From: Octopus sinensis
Taxonomy: Eukaryota
DNA: 64,000 nt
Assembly (NCBI RefSeq): GCF_006345805.1
Contig: NW_021832986.1
Span: 1 to 64,000, forward strand
Direction of reading: 5' to 3'
Shown: one piece after another, positions 12,163 to 26,500 of the stretch
Layout of the letters: every line of letters starts with the position of its first letter
How positions within the stretch are numbered: position 1 is the stretch's first letter
Made by a program: the position numbers and the translations under genes
The notes under the pieces: generated by a model
What the model was told of the DNA's origin: nothing
Database searches by the model: none
What the model saw: the letters and a program-made list of their open reading frames with translations, nothing else

Positions 12163-12595
12163 GGAAAAGACCCGATGGAATGACCACTTTTCCCTACTCC
12201 TGTGGAAAATCGTTGGTTTGGGATTCAACGTGTGTTGACACCCATTCCAAAACTAATATGATCTCTTCTGCTGTTTCTCCAGGTTCTGCAGCAGATGCTG
12301 CAGAGCAGAGAAAAATTGCCAAATACGCAAATCTTGGACAACGGTACCGCTTCGTACCTATCGCTGTGGAGACTTCTGGGGTAACCGGCCCTCTTACGAC
12401 TTCTTTCATCAGAGAAGTCGGAGAAAAAGTTGCTAGGCGACGTGGGGAGCCTCGAGAAGTGTCATGGTTATTCCAACAAATTGGAATAGCTGTCGTTCGC
12501 GGCAATGCACACTCCATCATGCGTGCAACTGAAGTGCCTTTTAATCATTGACTAACTTAATAAAATAAAACAATAAAGTAAAAAAAAAAAACAAT
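12163..12595 (+). mobile_element. 5'-truncated CRE-type element, second subfamily
   Basis: GKRPDGMTTFPYSCGKSLVWDSTCVDT...IAVETSG...IGIAVVRGNA, poly-A, probable TSD AAAAAACAATT. Confidence 0.85.
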
Positions 12596-12799
12596 TAGTA
12601 AAATAATCAAAAAATTCACTAATTTAGTAAATCAATAATCGATTAAAATTATTTTTATCAAGGGTCAAATTGATAATAAAAAGTTCTTTTGATGAATTAA
12701 TTTATGTTATTAAGAAAATAGTATAAAGAGTAATAAGAAAAAAATGAAAATTATTTTAGCACCTGATTCTATCTATTTGGTATCTATCATTTTGTCTAA

Positions 12800-13350
12800 A
12801 CTAAAAGTCAATTTTCAACACGATATGCGTAAAAGTTGAATTAGATGTTCATCAGTCAATCGGTTTCGATTTTTTATTTCCATAAGTTTGCTTAAGATAA
12901 CATTACACGCATACGTTGATCCGAAAACTGATGTACTTTTTATGGGACAGAGTTTGGATATTTCCACTGTGAGATTCGACTCCAAAATTTTAATAACTCA
13001 TCTTACATAAATACCGCAGTAAGTTGTAAATCTGACTGTATTTCAGGTAGCTTCAGATACGTATGGGGTGGTTGCAGCGTTTGTTTTGAAAAAAATATTT
13101 TCATAATAGGTATAGAAAGAATTTATGAATAGCTGGCAGATATGCTCTTAACTCTCCGACAAATATATCATTACTTACCTTTAGTCTTGGAATTGTTTTT
13201 AATTTCTGAAAAACAATTTGTAGATGCTTCATAAATTATCCTTCTAAATAAGTTGTTGTAAAACATCACAAAGAATATTAATTAAAATTTACTGCAAAAA
13301 ATATTTTATGTAGAAACAATAGTTGAAATATGTTTCACCAAAATGATTTG
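12800..13350 (-). pseudogene. hAT transposase C-terminal (dimerisation domain) remnant
   Basis: FGSTYAC...KNRNRLTDEHLIQLLRIS. Confidence 0.7.
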
Positions 13351-13387
13351 TATATTTTTTATAATTTTAAGCGGGCCAGATTTATTA

Positions 13388-13995
13388 TGTCGCGAGCGCA
13401 GCGAGCGACCGAGCGCAGCGAGCGACCACTCAATTTCTAGATCCGATCAATCAAAAAATCTATAAATTGACAAATACCCAGGCTTGTATTTGGGATTAAA
13501 TATATTCGATAACAAAAATTAAAATCGATGCCAAAGCAGAATGAGCTTTAAAACCGATTTCATAAATAAAAATAATATTTTAAAATTTATAATTGATATT
13601 TTACAATAATGAGAAAAAATCTAAATGCTTCATAATTTATAAAAATGTCAAAACAAGAATCTTCTGAAGGAGCAAGCCTGTCTGCACAGTTCATTTTTGA
13701 TTAGAAGACCTAATTTTAGAGATTAAAACGAAAAAATAGCAATGAGATCTGTCAAATTATTACCCCCCTCACAACCTAAACCAAATTAGCGTTCAGTATT
13801 CATTGATTTTACTTTTTCTATTAAGGTCTACTTATAAATTATTTTATGGGATTCAATGGAAAACTTAAGTTATTTCAATTTTAATTTTAAATCATGTTAA
13901 AATTTTAAATAATTTAATAAATATATTTGTTGATGATAGGCTTGTTAGGTGTCAAAGTCGCGTCTAGCGCTCGGTCGCGCGCTGCGCTCGCGACA
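13388..13995. mobile_element. Ginger-like MITE with TGTCGCGAGCGCAGCG TIRs
   Basis: 16-bp perfect TIRs with internal GCGCAGCGAGCGACC repeats; 5-bp TSD TATTA at 13383-13387 and 13996-14000. Confidence 0.85.
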
Positions 13996-14074
13996 TATTA
14001 TAACAACTGATCACGCGGCAATAAGAACAAAAATAAATGATTCCATAATATTAAGTAGTGTTAATCTATAGAAC

Positions 14075-14400
14075 TTAATTAGTTAATGGCCTAAAGAGAC
14101 GCTCGGCCACCCCCGCGAATAGCAAAACCATTCCCACGGATCACAGCAATCTACAGACGTTCCAAGAGCCAAGATAACTCTCTCGAATCGTGTCTTATCC
14201 TTGATATCCGTCGATCGAACGAACAAAAGAAGCGGAGCGTCGTGGCGTTGAAGATCCCCGAAAAATCCAACGCAATTGGAGTAAAAAAAGTGAGTATGAG
14301 AGATGGCCATACTTTAGAATCTTGCGATTCTCGGCCAGCCTCGACGCGTACCCAGGATCAACAGCGGACAAGGCAAGATTTCTGCGCAAAGAGAAGAGAA
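14075..14400 (-). mobile_element. CRE-type 3' fragment
   Basis: SAVDPGYASRLAENRKILKY...ELSWLLERL*IAVIRGNGFAIR; same subfamily as 50764-50940. Confidence 0.75.
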
Positions 14401-14599
14401 GAAGCGCTTTACGCGGGGCGAATAGGCAAACAATTCCAGCGAATAATTGACAAAGAAACACGCAAAAACAACCAGCTAGTTTTTTGGGTGTTGCATGTTT
14501 TGCATGCTCTTTTGAGAAAGCCCACCAAGAAAATAAATTCGCGTTCGTTCACTCTAAGAATACATCTGGTTTTGATAGCAATAGGAGTCAGCATAAAGT

Positions 14600-15530
14600 C
14601 TTTGCTGATAGTTAAGTATAAATATTATTTGGTCAAATTTTGATATCAATTTGTAGTTCTATATGAGATGGACAAAATATGTTATTAGTTAGTGTTGGTA
14701 GGCAATTGCAAACTATTATTAAATAAACAGTTTTTACTGTAGGATTCTTGAGTCTGTATAGTTGAATTAGACAGCATAACAAAATTTTTTTAAAAGTATC
14801 CTTGTGTGGTTTAAAAATTGGAAGCTAAAACGAAATAATAAATTAAAACAAACCTAAATGGTTGTCAGTATTTTCAAAGAAACAGAGATGTTGATCAGAA
14901 AACATAAGGATACTTAAATGATTTCTTAAATACTTTATCTTACATAGCTTATTACTCCTTAAATTGAACGGAATAAAAACTGATCCTCTCGGCATAACTC
15001 TAGAAATCGAATTAATTATATTTGTGAAACATGTAAGTAACTGGAACACCAGAAAAAGTATTGATATTGATGTAATTAAGCAATCTCATTCAAACAGACG
15101 GCAATAAAATATAAATAATATACATGTTCGATAACGATTTTAGTCTTTCAAACGAATCTTCAACTAGTTTATACAGAGAGTGACTAACGCATCGACTATA
15201 TATAATTTCCAAAATGTACAATATTTTAAGAGAAATCAATTTTTAATTCGTTGATTTTCTGTAAATGTGACGCCATCAAAAATGTTGATCACCTTCAAAT
15301 CATCATCTTTAATTGTTTCACTCTGTAAATTTACTTAATCTTTCTAAAAATAGAATATGAGCATGTCGACTTTAATTAACAAGTTTAGTAAACAATCTAC
15401 TTTTAATGACTTGATTGATTTTGCAATTTTTAACAGGAATTAATTTCAATTACTATAAATTGATGTTTGTACTATAAAAGAGAAAAATTGTTGAATAATT
15501 TTCATAGTCATTATAAAATTTCGTATAAAA
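14600..15530 (-). CDS. Multi-exon LRR-like gene, paralog of 58962-59800, with at least one frameshift
   Basis: Collinear nucleotide similarity with 59050-59800 in exons and tiny introns (GVTFTEN...EDSFE...YININTFS...MPRGSVFIPFN...QHLCFFEN). Ends are approximate. Confidence 0.55.
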
Positions 15531-15662
15531 ATGTGACTATAAAAAATTACATTTATATTTTAATTTGTTTATATTCAATAAAATTTTCGTTAATAACACA
15601 ATAATAAATACATTATTAAAAATCATTCTCTAGTGTTATTTTCTATTTAATCATTATCTGAG

Positions 15663-17575
15663 ATGGAATCAAAAGATAATTACTACAAATTTGATGGTAA
15701 ATAGCCTGTATTCACTAATAAACTAGCAGAAATCATTTCTCCAAACTACAATACTGACCACAACATGCTCTTGGGCTCTGACATTTCATTGTAGGCTTGC
15801 CATTTTATAGTTATTTAGAATCACTGATGAGAATACTACCCAAATCTCTAAGGAACCAGGAGAGGAAGTTATTAATAAAACTGGCTTTGACAACTCTTTT
15901 AACAATTGTTTGTTGCTGTCTAACATTATGACTTAGATGACGACTTTTTCGAAAATATTTCGGTGAACGAAAACACGAGTTTTGAGTTAGTGAATATTCG
16001 TTTATTGTTTTTAGAAATAACGAACAAGATGAATTTCAGCCCAAATTAGCAAGAAAAAATCAAATTATAAGGTAATGTAGAGTATTTATCAAAGTAGCGA
16101 TGACGAACTAAATGAAACTGATTGCTTTCTGCCTTCAGGTTAATTAAAATGCATTATTCCAGACGTCAGTGACGTGGAATTAAATTTGGCTGACGAAACC
16201 ACCAAAACTGACGATCAGAAAAACCCAAAAATTCTCAAAAATGAGAAGTTGCAAATTTTAGTGTTATTTTAGTAATACATTAATTGACGAAATATTTGGA
16301 GACGATGATGTGGACGAATTTGAGGTATGCATGTTGTTTTAAAACTAAATAAAAACATATATAAATTATTTATTATGAATTTTTAGGGATTTAATCGTGT
16401 GGATAATGCAAAAGAATCCCAAAAGGTAGAATCGGACAATTCACAGGAAATGTATTCTGAAATCTTCTATTCCTTAGAGCCGAGGAAATATCAGATTTTG
16501 ATAAAATGATGAAACGTGTCAAGTCTGAGAGAAAGCGTTTTCTGAGCAGACGACGTAAAAGAAATGACATTAATTTACTAAACGACAATGACGATGTTAT
16601 TGCTGTGATCGTAAAAGACATGAGGAACGCTTCTGAGGTAGCTGTCTCTATCATATTCTAGTCCGATCGTGAGGCTAATAAAGCAAGAAGACCTGGAATT
16701 AGTAAACTCCAAATGCTTTCATATCTAGTCTCCCAATTACAAAAGTACATAATATTCTATTAAATATATTTGATTAAAAATATACAATTTAGAAAACACG
16801 TTCAGGCGGCCTTCATTGAAGGAGGATTTCTCGGTGCTCTTGCAGTAAACAATTTTTTGTTTGAAAATAGGATTGGTTCTCCCCATTGCCTGACAATTCA
16901 CTTCCGACAATGAAAATAAGAAATCAACTTTTACCAATTCTTGAAGGAGTAAATAAATATGAAATATTTATTCTTTTAGTTTCCAGTACCAGACCCGGAA
17001 TTACTCAAATTAAGTGGGATTGGGAAAGCCATAATGTACCTGTATAAAAGCACTAAAGAAACGAAGGAGAACAAAATTATTTGTAAACGAATATTAGGTA
17101 TGATATTTTCCTTTGATTTAAAGATGCCTGGTCGCGCCCTTTATTCAATCTCTCGACAGATTATAAAACTATGGATCGCGAAGAGAGAAAGCATCTCGAC
17201 CAATTGCATGCACGTAAGCAGAAGAAAAGGTTTTGTTTTTTAATACTATCGAATATACTGAAATTAATCCTATGTCAGATATAATTCCAGCCCACGTGAC
17301 CAGCCAAGGTCAAAAATAGCAGCCAAGACGGATGATCTTTTTTATAGTCGTGCACGAGCTCCTACGCTTTCGACTCAAGATTACGTTAACAGACCGGTTT
17401 CGGAGTTATCTCTTGATAAAATTGGCAAGAAAAGGGTATTTTTAATCATAATTGATATTTTAAGGCAATTAATAGCAATCAAAGGCTTAACAAAATGCGA
17501 CAGATTAAAGATAGAAAGCGAGGTACAGGATCCGAGAAAGTACTCTCTATTACTAAGTACTCTGGAATAATTTAA
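15663..17575 (+). CDS. IWS1: IWS1/Spn1 transcription elongation factor, multi-exon
   Basis: [11 protein letters not shown]...[18 protein letters not shown]...[12 protein letters not shown]...[22 protein letters not shown]...[12 protein letters not shown]...RARAP...DYVNRP. Start codon is inferred. Confidence 0.93.
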
Positions 17576-17835
17576 CTTTTTGATTTATTAATTAAAATTT
17601 CTTTTCAAATGTCTATAAAATTTACTTATTTTAAAAAAAATTCGTAGAATACTAATGTTTAAATTTAACGATAATCTCTTATCAGATGTTTGTGAGCTCA
17701 ATACTCAGTTTGATAATTCAACAAAATTAAATATAGACAAAAATTACTATTTTCTAAACTTTATATAGAGTTAAATATGATTTAACCTTACTATATTTTT
17801 AATCAATCAAAAAAATAATTATAAGTTTTATGACA

Positions 17836-19168
17836 CCGTATTTTCTCGATTATAACACGTAGTTTTTTGTTATATAATTAATTCCAATAGATAAGGTGCG
17901 TGTTAATTTATAATAGCATTTTTTAAGCATCTATAGGACAATCTTCGTCTCTTATGCCCAACTATCATAGTCGGTACATAGAGGTTCTCGTCCACTCGTA
18001 TTCCTGATTCAGAAGAATCCTTCGGTTGACACTCAATCACTGCTTGCTCCTCTTCGGGAACCGATATTCCATGTCTTGTCTCCACCTGCATACTCTCCAA
18101 TGTTTTTCTTGAAACGAGTGTTTGGATATATGCCTTCACTCTGTCTTCCACTGCGATAGAATCCAGATGACTTTTGAAGAATCTTGAGACAATTCTATCC
18201 CAAGTAAGTACAACAGGGATTATCTTCACTTTAGCCCGATGAATCGCCCTAATTCATTTGCCAAAAGGTCATATTTGTGGAACTTTTCCATTTCAACTTG
18301 CTTTATGCAATTTTATGAGATATATCAACTTCAATAAGTGTAATTGTATTCCTCATCTTATCATGGACAAAAATATCTGGTTTATTGTTTGAAACAGCAG
18401 TATCCGTAGAAATAGTTGTGTCCACTCGAATTTGCACAACTTAATTAGGTACGTGTTATAATCAATAACTAAAATAAATTACAAATTTTTGATCAAAAAA
18501 CATTTTCAAACCCCTTTACTCACGTACATTTTGCAATTTCCAACTTTGAATTCAAAATACACCTATATTATAGATCTTTAAGCCTCACAAACATCACAAT
18601 CGTGCATTAATAAGCTGGAAAGTAGAATGGCGATGAAGACACCAATATTTTTGTCGTAACAGCATAAAAACACCACAAACATATTTGAGTAGTGCAAAAT
18701 AGAAGCGGCCATTTTTAATGCCTTCTAGCTTGCTGATTGGCTGATTTTCGAGGCCTGTCGAACTCGTTACAATTATAAATTTTCGGATTTACGTCATCTC
18801 GTAAAGCCGATCAAAAATCAAAAAGCCGAGATCATCCCTGCCCCCCTAACCTTGCACTTGTCTCAGTTCACCCTCTCTCAGTTCAGTTTTGGACATTGTA
18901 CAAGTAACATGCATCAAACAAGCAAGTTATACCGCAGCGTTCCAACGAAAGGTCATCAAAGTGGCAGAGGAATTGGGTAACGATAAGCTGGAAGAAACGT
19001 CGATATTAGTGAAACTAACATCCATGGTTGGAGGATGAAGAAAGACTCATTATTGAAAGAAAATTTTTGGTGCGCACTGTATTCGATTACTGCGTTTTTC
19101 CAGATGTTTTTGGCCCAAAATGACCAGCGTGTTATTTTCGATTGCGCGTTAAAATCGAGAATGTACGG
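17836..19168 (+). mobile_element. pogo-like remnant with CCGTA TIRs, interrupted by a retroelement
   Basis: TIRs CCGTATTTTCTCGATTATAACACG and rc CCGTACATTCTCGATTTTAACGCG; N-terminal HTH-like SYTAAFQRKVIKVAEELGN near 18925. Confidence 0.65.
17903..18620 (-). pseudogene. NeSL/R2-like RLE retrotransposon C-terminus
   Basis: NKPDIFVHDK...EKFHKYDLLANEL...KIIPVVLTWDRIV...KAYIQTLVSRKTLE (PD...D and K motifs). Confidence 0.75.
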
Positions 19169-19946
19169 TATGTAAAAACCAGAAATCTAAATGTAACTAG
19201 AAGTGTGTTGGTTTTTTACTTTTATTTAAGAAAATAATAATGGAGGGTTGCTAGTTTAGTAACTTTTAATAATTAATTTTCTGTGATTCTGAAATTTGAT
19301 TGAAAACCAAACTAAAATCGAAATCTTATTGATTTCACTTGAAATTTCTTAAAGAAGTATAAAAATAGTTTATTTAAACCCTAACGACTTTTATTCGAAA
19401 GTATTTTTATATAAATTGATTTGACAAACGGCCCTGAGTAAAATGCGCTTTAAAAAATTCGAGAATTAAATAAAAAAGAGTACTCGTTACATTGTCAAGT
19501 TATGAAGTAACGTACATTAATTGAACTTGACTATGTTATTGAAAGGTAAGTAGTGGGACGATAGAAGATGATATGAAAAGAAAGTCACTAATGTCAAGTC
19601 TAACACAGGAGATAAACAATAATAAAGTGTTGGTTTATCACAATGTTCATGGTTAAGAACGAAAATGCTCGGAGAAAAACTTAAAATTTTTTTTAATTGT
19701 AAGGTCTGATATACATTGTGAAAAATAGATAACCTGAGAAAATATAGATTTTTTTTCCAGATTAGTTGGGATAATAAAAATAAATTAACAAATCGGAGTA
19801 TCACAATTTTTACATTCGATCATATATTCTAACTATGAATAGACGTTCTTCTAATAAAGCTCCGGCATCACTTTGGTGTCTATTTTATTTACTTAATTTT
19901 TCTACTTTTTAATATAAATTATAATTTAACAGCATTATTTTAATAT

Positions 19947-21995
19947 ATGTTCAAGTTGTGTTTAATTATGTTTTTTCAATTTTATATTTAATTTATAATT
20001 TTTACTAACATTAATTAGCGAGATTATTGAACTACAATATCCCCTTGTCTACCCCTACGAACCAACACCTGTTTCACTCCCACTTATTTCCCCAATAGTT
20101 ATTGATAACGGTTTCTTGATTTTTTAATTTAAATAAATTAGGAAGTTATTTTTGTAAGGCTGGATGGAGCTCATCGTCTAAACCGGAAATGATCTTCAGG
20201 CCTAACGTCATTCGTAACCGCTTTCCAAACGTAAGGGTAATTTTTTGTTCGTAAATATTCCATAGGATGAAATTTTTGTGGGAAATGAAATTTCTTACAA
20301 TGACATGTTCAAATATCAACTTCGGTCTCCATTTGAGGGAGGAATTGTCTGCAACATTTCGTATCAGGTAATTGTGATAATTAAACTTATTTTAAAAAAG
20401 GAATTGATTTTTGATCATATTTTTGATAAATTTGGACTTTCTGAAATTGTAAAAAATATTCCTGTTCCTTTAGTAATAACGGAAGTTCTGGGGAATCCAA
20501 CAATTCCACGACAACGTAAACTGATTTTTAATATTTTTAGAAATGTCGGAACTTTTATTTGAATGTTATGACGTTCCTTCTGTATGCTATGGGATAGATC
20601 AACTATTTTCCGTTTATTCTGTAATGTCTAATAAAATGGTCAATGCCGACTGTCTAAGCATTAACATTGGCTATAACAATTGTCATATCATTCCATATCT
20701 TAACGGAAAACCTTCATATGCAAATTGTCGGAGAATTTCTATCGGAGGCAAAACTCTCATCGAAAGTTTACGAAAATCCATTCTTATTGAACACCCTAAA
20801 TTAGTTAATAGCTTATGTTTCGGCCGAGTCGATGTATTTTTAAAATTATACACCAATTTAGAGGCTTTTTGAGAAATATTGTACTGTCTCACTTGACTAT
20901 CAAAAAGATTCTCGTGAATGGGCAACTGATTTATTCTATTCAAAGAATGTTGTTGGACTTAGAGCTGATATTATAATTACGAATAATATAACCAATGGGT
21001 TAAAACACTTTGATGATCAAACACCCGTGGTGACAATTAATATAACAGTTTTAATAATAGCCAATGAAAAACGAAGATAAACTCCGAGAATTACAAAGTA
21101 TTCAAGAAATGGTTGACAGTAACAACATTGAAAATTCATTTGTTAGAAAAAAACATTTTTAACCACTTTTTAGAAAAAGATGAAAATTTTCGGAATCTAT
21201 TCTACTACCGAGTTGCAAAATACCATCAAGTCCTTACGAAGCCTTGTGTATGGAACAAGACGTAGAAATGCTGCTGTTATAAATCCCAATCTTATTCTGA
21301 CTGAAAATGAAACTGTTATTTATTTATTTTAATTTTTATAGGATGACATGTTTTTAGAACGAATAAATGAAGAAAGCACTTCACCAAATAAACGAAATGG
21401 GTCCAATTCAAATTCTCATTCACCTAAAATTCAAGCAACTAGCGCAACTGCTCAAAATCGAAACAAATTTCTCCCTGATGAATTTTTTGAATCAGACGTG
21501 ATTCGCCTTGGGCCTCAAAAAATTCGGTGATTTATATTATTTTATTTTAAATAGAATTCCGGAAATACTATTCCAACCTGGTATTATTGGAATTTCTAAA
21601 TCGGGGTTAATTGAAACTATAGAGACTCTACTCTCAGGTTTCACTGTCGATGAACAAACCCGATTAACTTCGGTTAAATATTTTTGTTATTTAAAATATA
21701 GAATGTACTAATTTCTGGTGGAGTTGCAAATTTACCATTTTTAAGTGATCGTGTTAAACAAGAAATGATCCCAATTAGACCTTTTAACGAAGAAATTAAT
21801 GTTGCCATCTGCCGTTAGTTTCTAGTTCGATATTTATTAGAAAATCCGTTTTTATCTTCTTGGAAAGGAGCCTCCTTGTTTGCAGAATCATCTTTATTTG
21901 AATCTTCATTAATTAGCAAATGTGATTATTACGAACATGGTTCAGAGTTTATGAAAATGCATCTTGCGTCAAATTTTTCTGCATTTAAAATGTAA
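19947..21995 (+). CDS. ACTR5: Actin-related protein 5 (INO80 subunit), multi-exon with mostly 27-35 nt introns
   Basis: PIVIDNGSYFCKAGW...QMSELLFECYDVPSVCYGIDQLFS...IPEILFQPGIIG...NVLISGG...SWKGAS...YYEHG. One apparent 1-nt frameshift in the first coding exon; start inferred. Confidence 0.93.
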
Positions 21996-22477
21996 TACTT
22001 TAAAAGTAATGTTTGTTAACTTTGCTTTTCAATTGTTTAGTAGCAGTTCTTTAATTTTACAGTTTTAATTAATTTATCAGTAAATGTAATGTTTATTTCT
22101 AAAAGCATATAATTATGATAATTTTTGATTGGAATTTCAGAAAGTGAGTACAAAGAAAATATTTTTACAGCATGTCGGTAGTTACTTTTCTAGTTGCGCT
22201 ACAACGATTTTAGTTGTTAAAATTTCTGACGATCATTTAGTCAAATATAATTTAATGATCAATTCTTTAGTTATTTGAACCGATTTCCTTTTAAAGCATT
22301 GAAAATGTCTTTATATTTCATCCACCAGAATTTAATTTTTCTTTTTTAGGTTAAACTTTCAAAAATAAAAATCAATTTTTTTATTAAAAGAAATGAAGAA
22401 TCTGGTTTGTGTTTGAGCCTCTAAAAATCAAAGTTCTGACTGAAAATAAAACTGCTTGAAAATTCATAACTAATTTT

Positions 22478-22980
22478 TTGCGGGATTCCATCGACCTGAA
22501 CCTATTGGGCTCTGCCGCAGTGACGGAAAGCGTCCGACGGGATGACTATATTCCCCTTTAGAGGAGGAAGGTCTCTTGTTTGGATGTAACTTGCGTCGAC
22601 TCCTTTCAGATACTGTGCTCACAGGAACAGCCAGTACACCAGGCTACGCATGTGCGCTGGCAGAAGAAAGGAAGTTGACGAAGTACGCTGTGCTTTCCCG
22701 AACGTCGTTGAGTTTGTCCCCCTAGCCTTTGAGACCTCAGGTGTGGTTGGAAAGAAGGTAGAAAATCTGTTACGGGTTGTGGGAGGAAGAATCTCACAGA
22801 ATACAAATGACCGGAGGAGACGAGCTGGCTTTTCCAGCGCATCTCGGTTGCAATTCTTCGCGGGAACTGCCTCTCTATCCGCAGTGCTTCGTCGTCGGAC
22901 TAACCCTCAAGTTCACGACATTAATTCTCTATTAATTAATTTGACTTTAACAAAAAAATTTATAAAAAAAAAAAATTTAT
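22478..22980 (+). mobile_element. CRE-type 3' fragment, frameshifted
   Basis: EPIGLCRSDGKRP...AEERKLTKYA...FVPLAFETSGVVG; A-tail at about 22965-22980. Confidence 0.8.
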
Positions 22981-23374
22981 AAAATAAATATTTTTGAATA
23001 CTAATCCAAGTTCATAACTAATTCTTCGTTTGACTACTAATAAATTAGTTTTTAAATCTTTTTCAAAATAGAATAAAATGGTTTTTTATTGTTCAAGAAA
23101 AACCAAAACCCAAAAACAAGAAAAGATTATTAACGGGGAGATAAAAACAAGGCACCGAAGTGTTTCTTTCCATGCTAACCCCAATTATAATTACTTAGCA
23201 TAACTTTTCTCCAGGACCATCCGGATCGTGGTCACAGAGAATTTATGCGAGTCAAGTTTTATTTCATACGCCAGTTTCAATGCAGAACGTCTTGTCCTGG
23301 TTAGGCTTTTAAGGATCCCCACACTCCTTTTCCTATGATTTGCTACGTGGTCAGCGTACAGCCACGACAGTTGA

Positions 23375-23500
23375 CAATTACTTTTCGAGCGGATATCTCT
23401 TGCGATAGTACGCTCTAACTCTTTCTCGATCGCGTCGGCTTCCCGCCCTTGAAGCTTTTAATTAATTAACTTGTAGTTATTGGTTGGTTTGAAAAAAAAA
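23375..23500 (+). mobile_element. Very short CRE-type 3' fragment
   Basis: FERISLAIVRSNSFSIASASRP*, followed by an A-run. Confidence 0.6.
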
Positions 23501-23549
23501 GTTTATAATTTAAATATATTTAAAATATTATTAATTTTCTTTGTTTGTT

Positions 23550-26500
23550 ATGGAGTACTTTAACTTATATTTCAAACGTTTTGATTATTTCCAATCCCAG
23601 TCTGATATCGACTTCACAAAATTGATAAATCTTGTATATATAACTATATCCTTAAATATAGTGCGTGATGAAGTATGGCGAAAGTCCCGCTTCATTTAAG
23701 TCTGAAATAGAAAAATTCAATAATTTAAGAAACGTTGATTAAAAAAATGGTATTTTAGATTGCTTGTGAATTGGATCTGTCCGACGTCAAAGATTTAAAA
23801 ACATATTATTGCCAATTGCGATTTCTGAAAGCCCGTGTAACCGAAGAATTGGTTTCATCTTCGGATATTGACTTCTCATGGTTTTTTTAGTTTTTAAATT
23901 CTAGGTTGGATGGTTTCACAAATGAAAATTATGTATCCAGTTATATTGAATTAGAGGAAATGGCAATTCTTTATAACATAGCTTTAAAGCTTCCCCATTC
24001 TGTCGAAGTAAGCTCTTTTGATAACCAGGACTCTGTAACTCTTTATTGGTAATATTTAGTATTTGAGAGCACTGTGCATTGCTTTTCAGAAATCTGCAGG
24101 CTGTTTTAAAATGTTGTCCGATTGTTTGTTTGATTTTGGTGATAATTTAAATCCGACGGAATTACGGATTCATGAACGTATATTTTTGGTGTTGCTCACT
24201 TATTCGTTAAACATAGATATTCGCTCAGATCTGTGTATATCTTAAATGCAGCAACGAGGCTTCTGGAAAGTCTGCAATTCCTTTTATTTCTCTCTTTATA
24301 ATTGAATCTTTAGAAATATTAAAACGAGACGTAAGTAAATCTCGTTCTAAAAAGTCTTTTATTCAAGTTTTGATTATTTTGATATTTGATAGTTAAGAAC
24401 CACGTGGGCTGATGGAATTCAGTGTTATTTCAAATTTATGCTTAACCGATATTATGCGATCAAAGAGCTGGATTCTAAGGAATATGGACGTGGATTGCGT
24501 TTCTACCAGAATGCCCTCGATTCGCTCAAGATTTGTTTAAATAGTCGCTTCAAGGTGACATCTTTATCCAAATAATCAAAATTTAAAAAATTAACTTAAA
24601 TATTTTTAATTAATGTTTTCAAGGATATCATCCCTGATTGGTCCGAACTCAAAAAAATAGAAGTAACGGTCAAAAATGAGTGATTTTTTATTTTACAATT
24701 ATATTAGGTATCAATCCGCTAAAAAGACAAATGATATTGTTTATTACCAATCAGTCCCAGATTTGATAGATTTTCCAGTATCAGGTTTATAAATGAATTT
24801 ATACACCTAGGAAAACAATTTGTTCAATCAATCACATTTAATATTTATGATTCCTCAGAATGTGGTTCTCAGGATTTATTTTCTCGCCTTGTTTCTCTTA
24901 AGAACTATGAAACGTCATCAATTTATAGGTTTTTTTATTTTGGTATTTATTGATAATTTAGCGAACACAAAGCACAACTTTTAAGATCAATACAAGATGA
25001 AATATATACTAATGAACAAAAGATTGAGTTTTAATTTTCACAAATGATATTTATTTTAGTAATGAAATGAAAGGATTTAAGTTTAAAATTGTTAAAGATA
25101 TTATAAATGGCAATTTGGGCGATTTATCCGAACGTATAACAAAATGTATGCATTTTGCAGACAATAATACCGATAAGTATGATAAACTGATTAGTCAGCA
25201 TTCCGGTATGGTAAACCTATCCATTTTTTTGATTATTATTCATCTGTTTAAAAAATATTTATAATAACATTTTATAAGACTATTATAATTCTTTATTTTC
25301 TTAGAATTGTCGAATTTATTGGAACAAATTGAGGATAAAATTAAATCAGTACAGTTAAAGGTTGATGGCATGGTAAATTAAAATTTATTTTATTTTAGGA
25401 TTCTTCACAGAAAGATGGAGAGAAAATGCGATTCGAAAAATTCAAAAATGACTACAGTTCTTTATCCGCAGGTGACAGAGAGATTCTCGACGCAGTTGAT
25501 CAATTAATATCAATATTGACATTGCTAAGAGACAGGAGAGCTCTTAGAAAACATTTATCGGATCCCTTAGAATTTGTCGGTTTTTATAAAATACATACAT
25601 ATTTAGATGATGTGGTTATGAAAGATGCTTATATCTTCCAAGAAATGAACGAAAAGATTGTCAAGCTGAGAGATCAACTTGAAGATTTGGTGAATAGACT
25701 GAGAGAGGATATGCAGAATGATGATTTGACTCAAAAATTAGCTCAAAATCCATCTCAACCGGACAAAGTTTTATTAGCTTTTGATACTGTTTTTCAGGAT
25801 TTTTTTGAAAAAAGGCTAAATTTATTTGATCCCAATCTGAAGCTCATTCGTGAAAACATGGCCAAACAATCTGAATTATTTGAAGATTTGTCCAAACACC
25901 ATTTGAAGATGTTTTATTCACTAAAACAAATTTATGAGGCAAAGGAATCGTGTTTGATTATCTTTTTTACCCTATAGCCGAGAGGACGACGAATCCGACT
26001 TTAAATTGCGGTTGGATTTGATTGACGAAGTTATTTTAAATGCTAATGAAGCAATTGAATCACGTAAAAAAACCCTTCAACAATTTAATAATATTTTGTC
26101 TTCATTTCAGATGCAAAAGTCAGCTCCTAAAGTTCCTCCTCGCACAGCAAATGGTATAAACTATTTTGTGTTTAATATTCTCTAGTAAGCGATTTGGGGA
26201 AACTCGATTCGTATGTTCCATTAGGTCCTATAGGCTATAATGCTCCAAATAACCTGCCAAACATTCTTCCTCTGAGTATGAATAATCCTCGAATGCCTCT
26301 GACGACTTCCTCTACTTTTGGCCAAAATCCTCACTTGAATCCATTAAATCCTCACTGGGAACAAATTCCGAGTTATCATCCTAATCGTTTTCCAATACAA
26401 AATCAAGCTGATCCTACAATGAGACAAAAAACTCAGAATGTTTTTGAACAGCCCAATTCTTTTGAAATAACTAATTTCGATACGAAATCTAATCACCCGT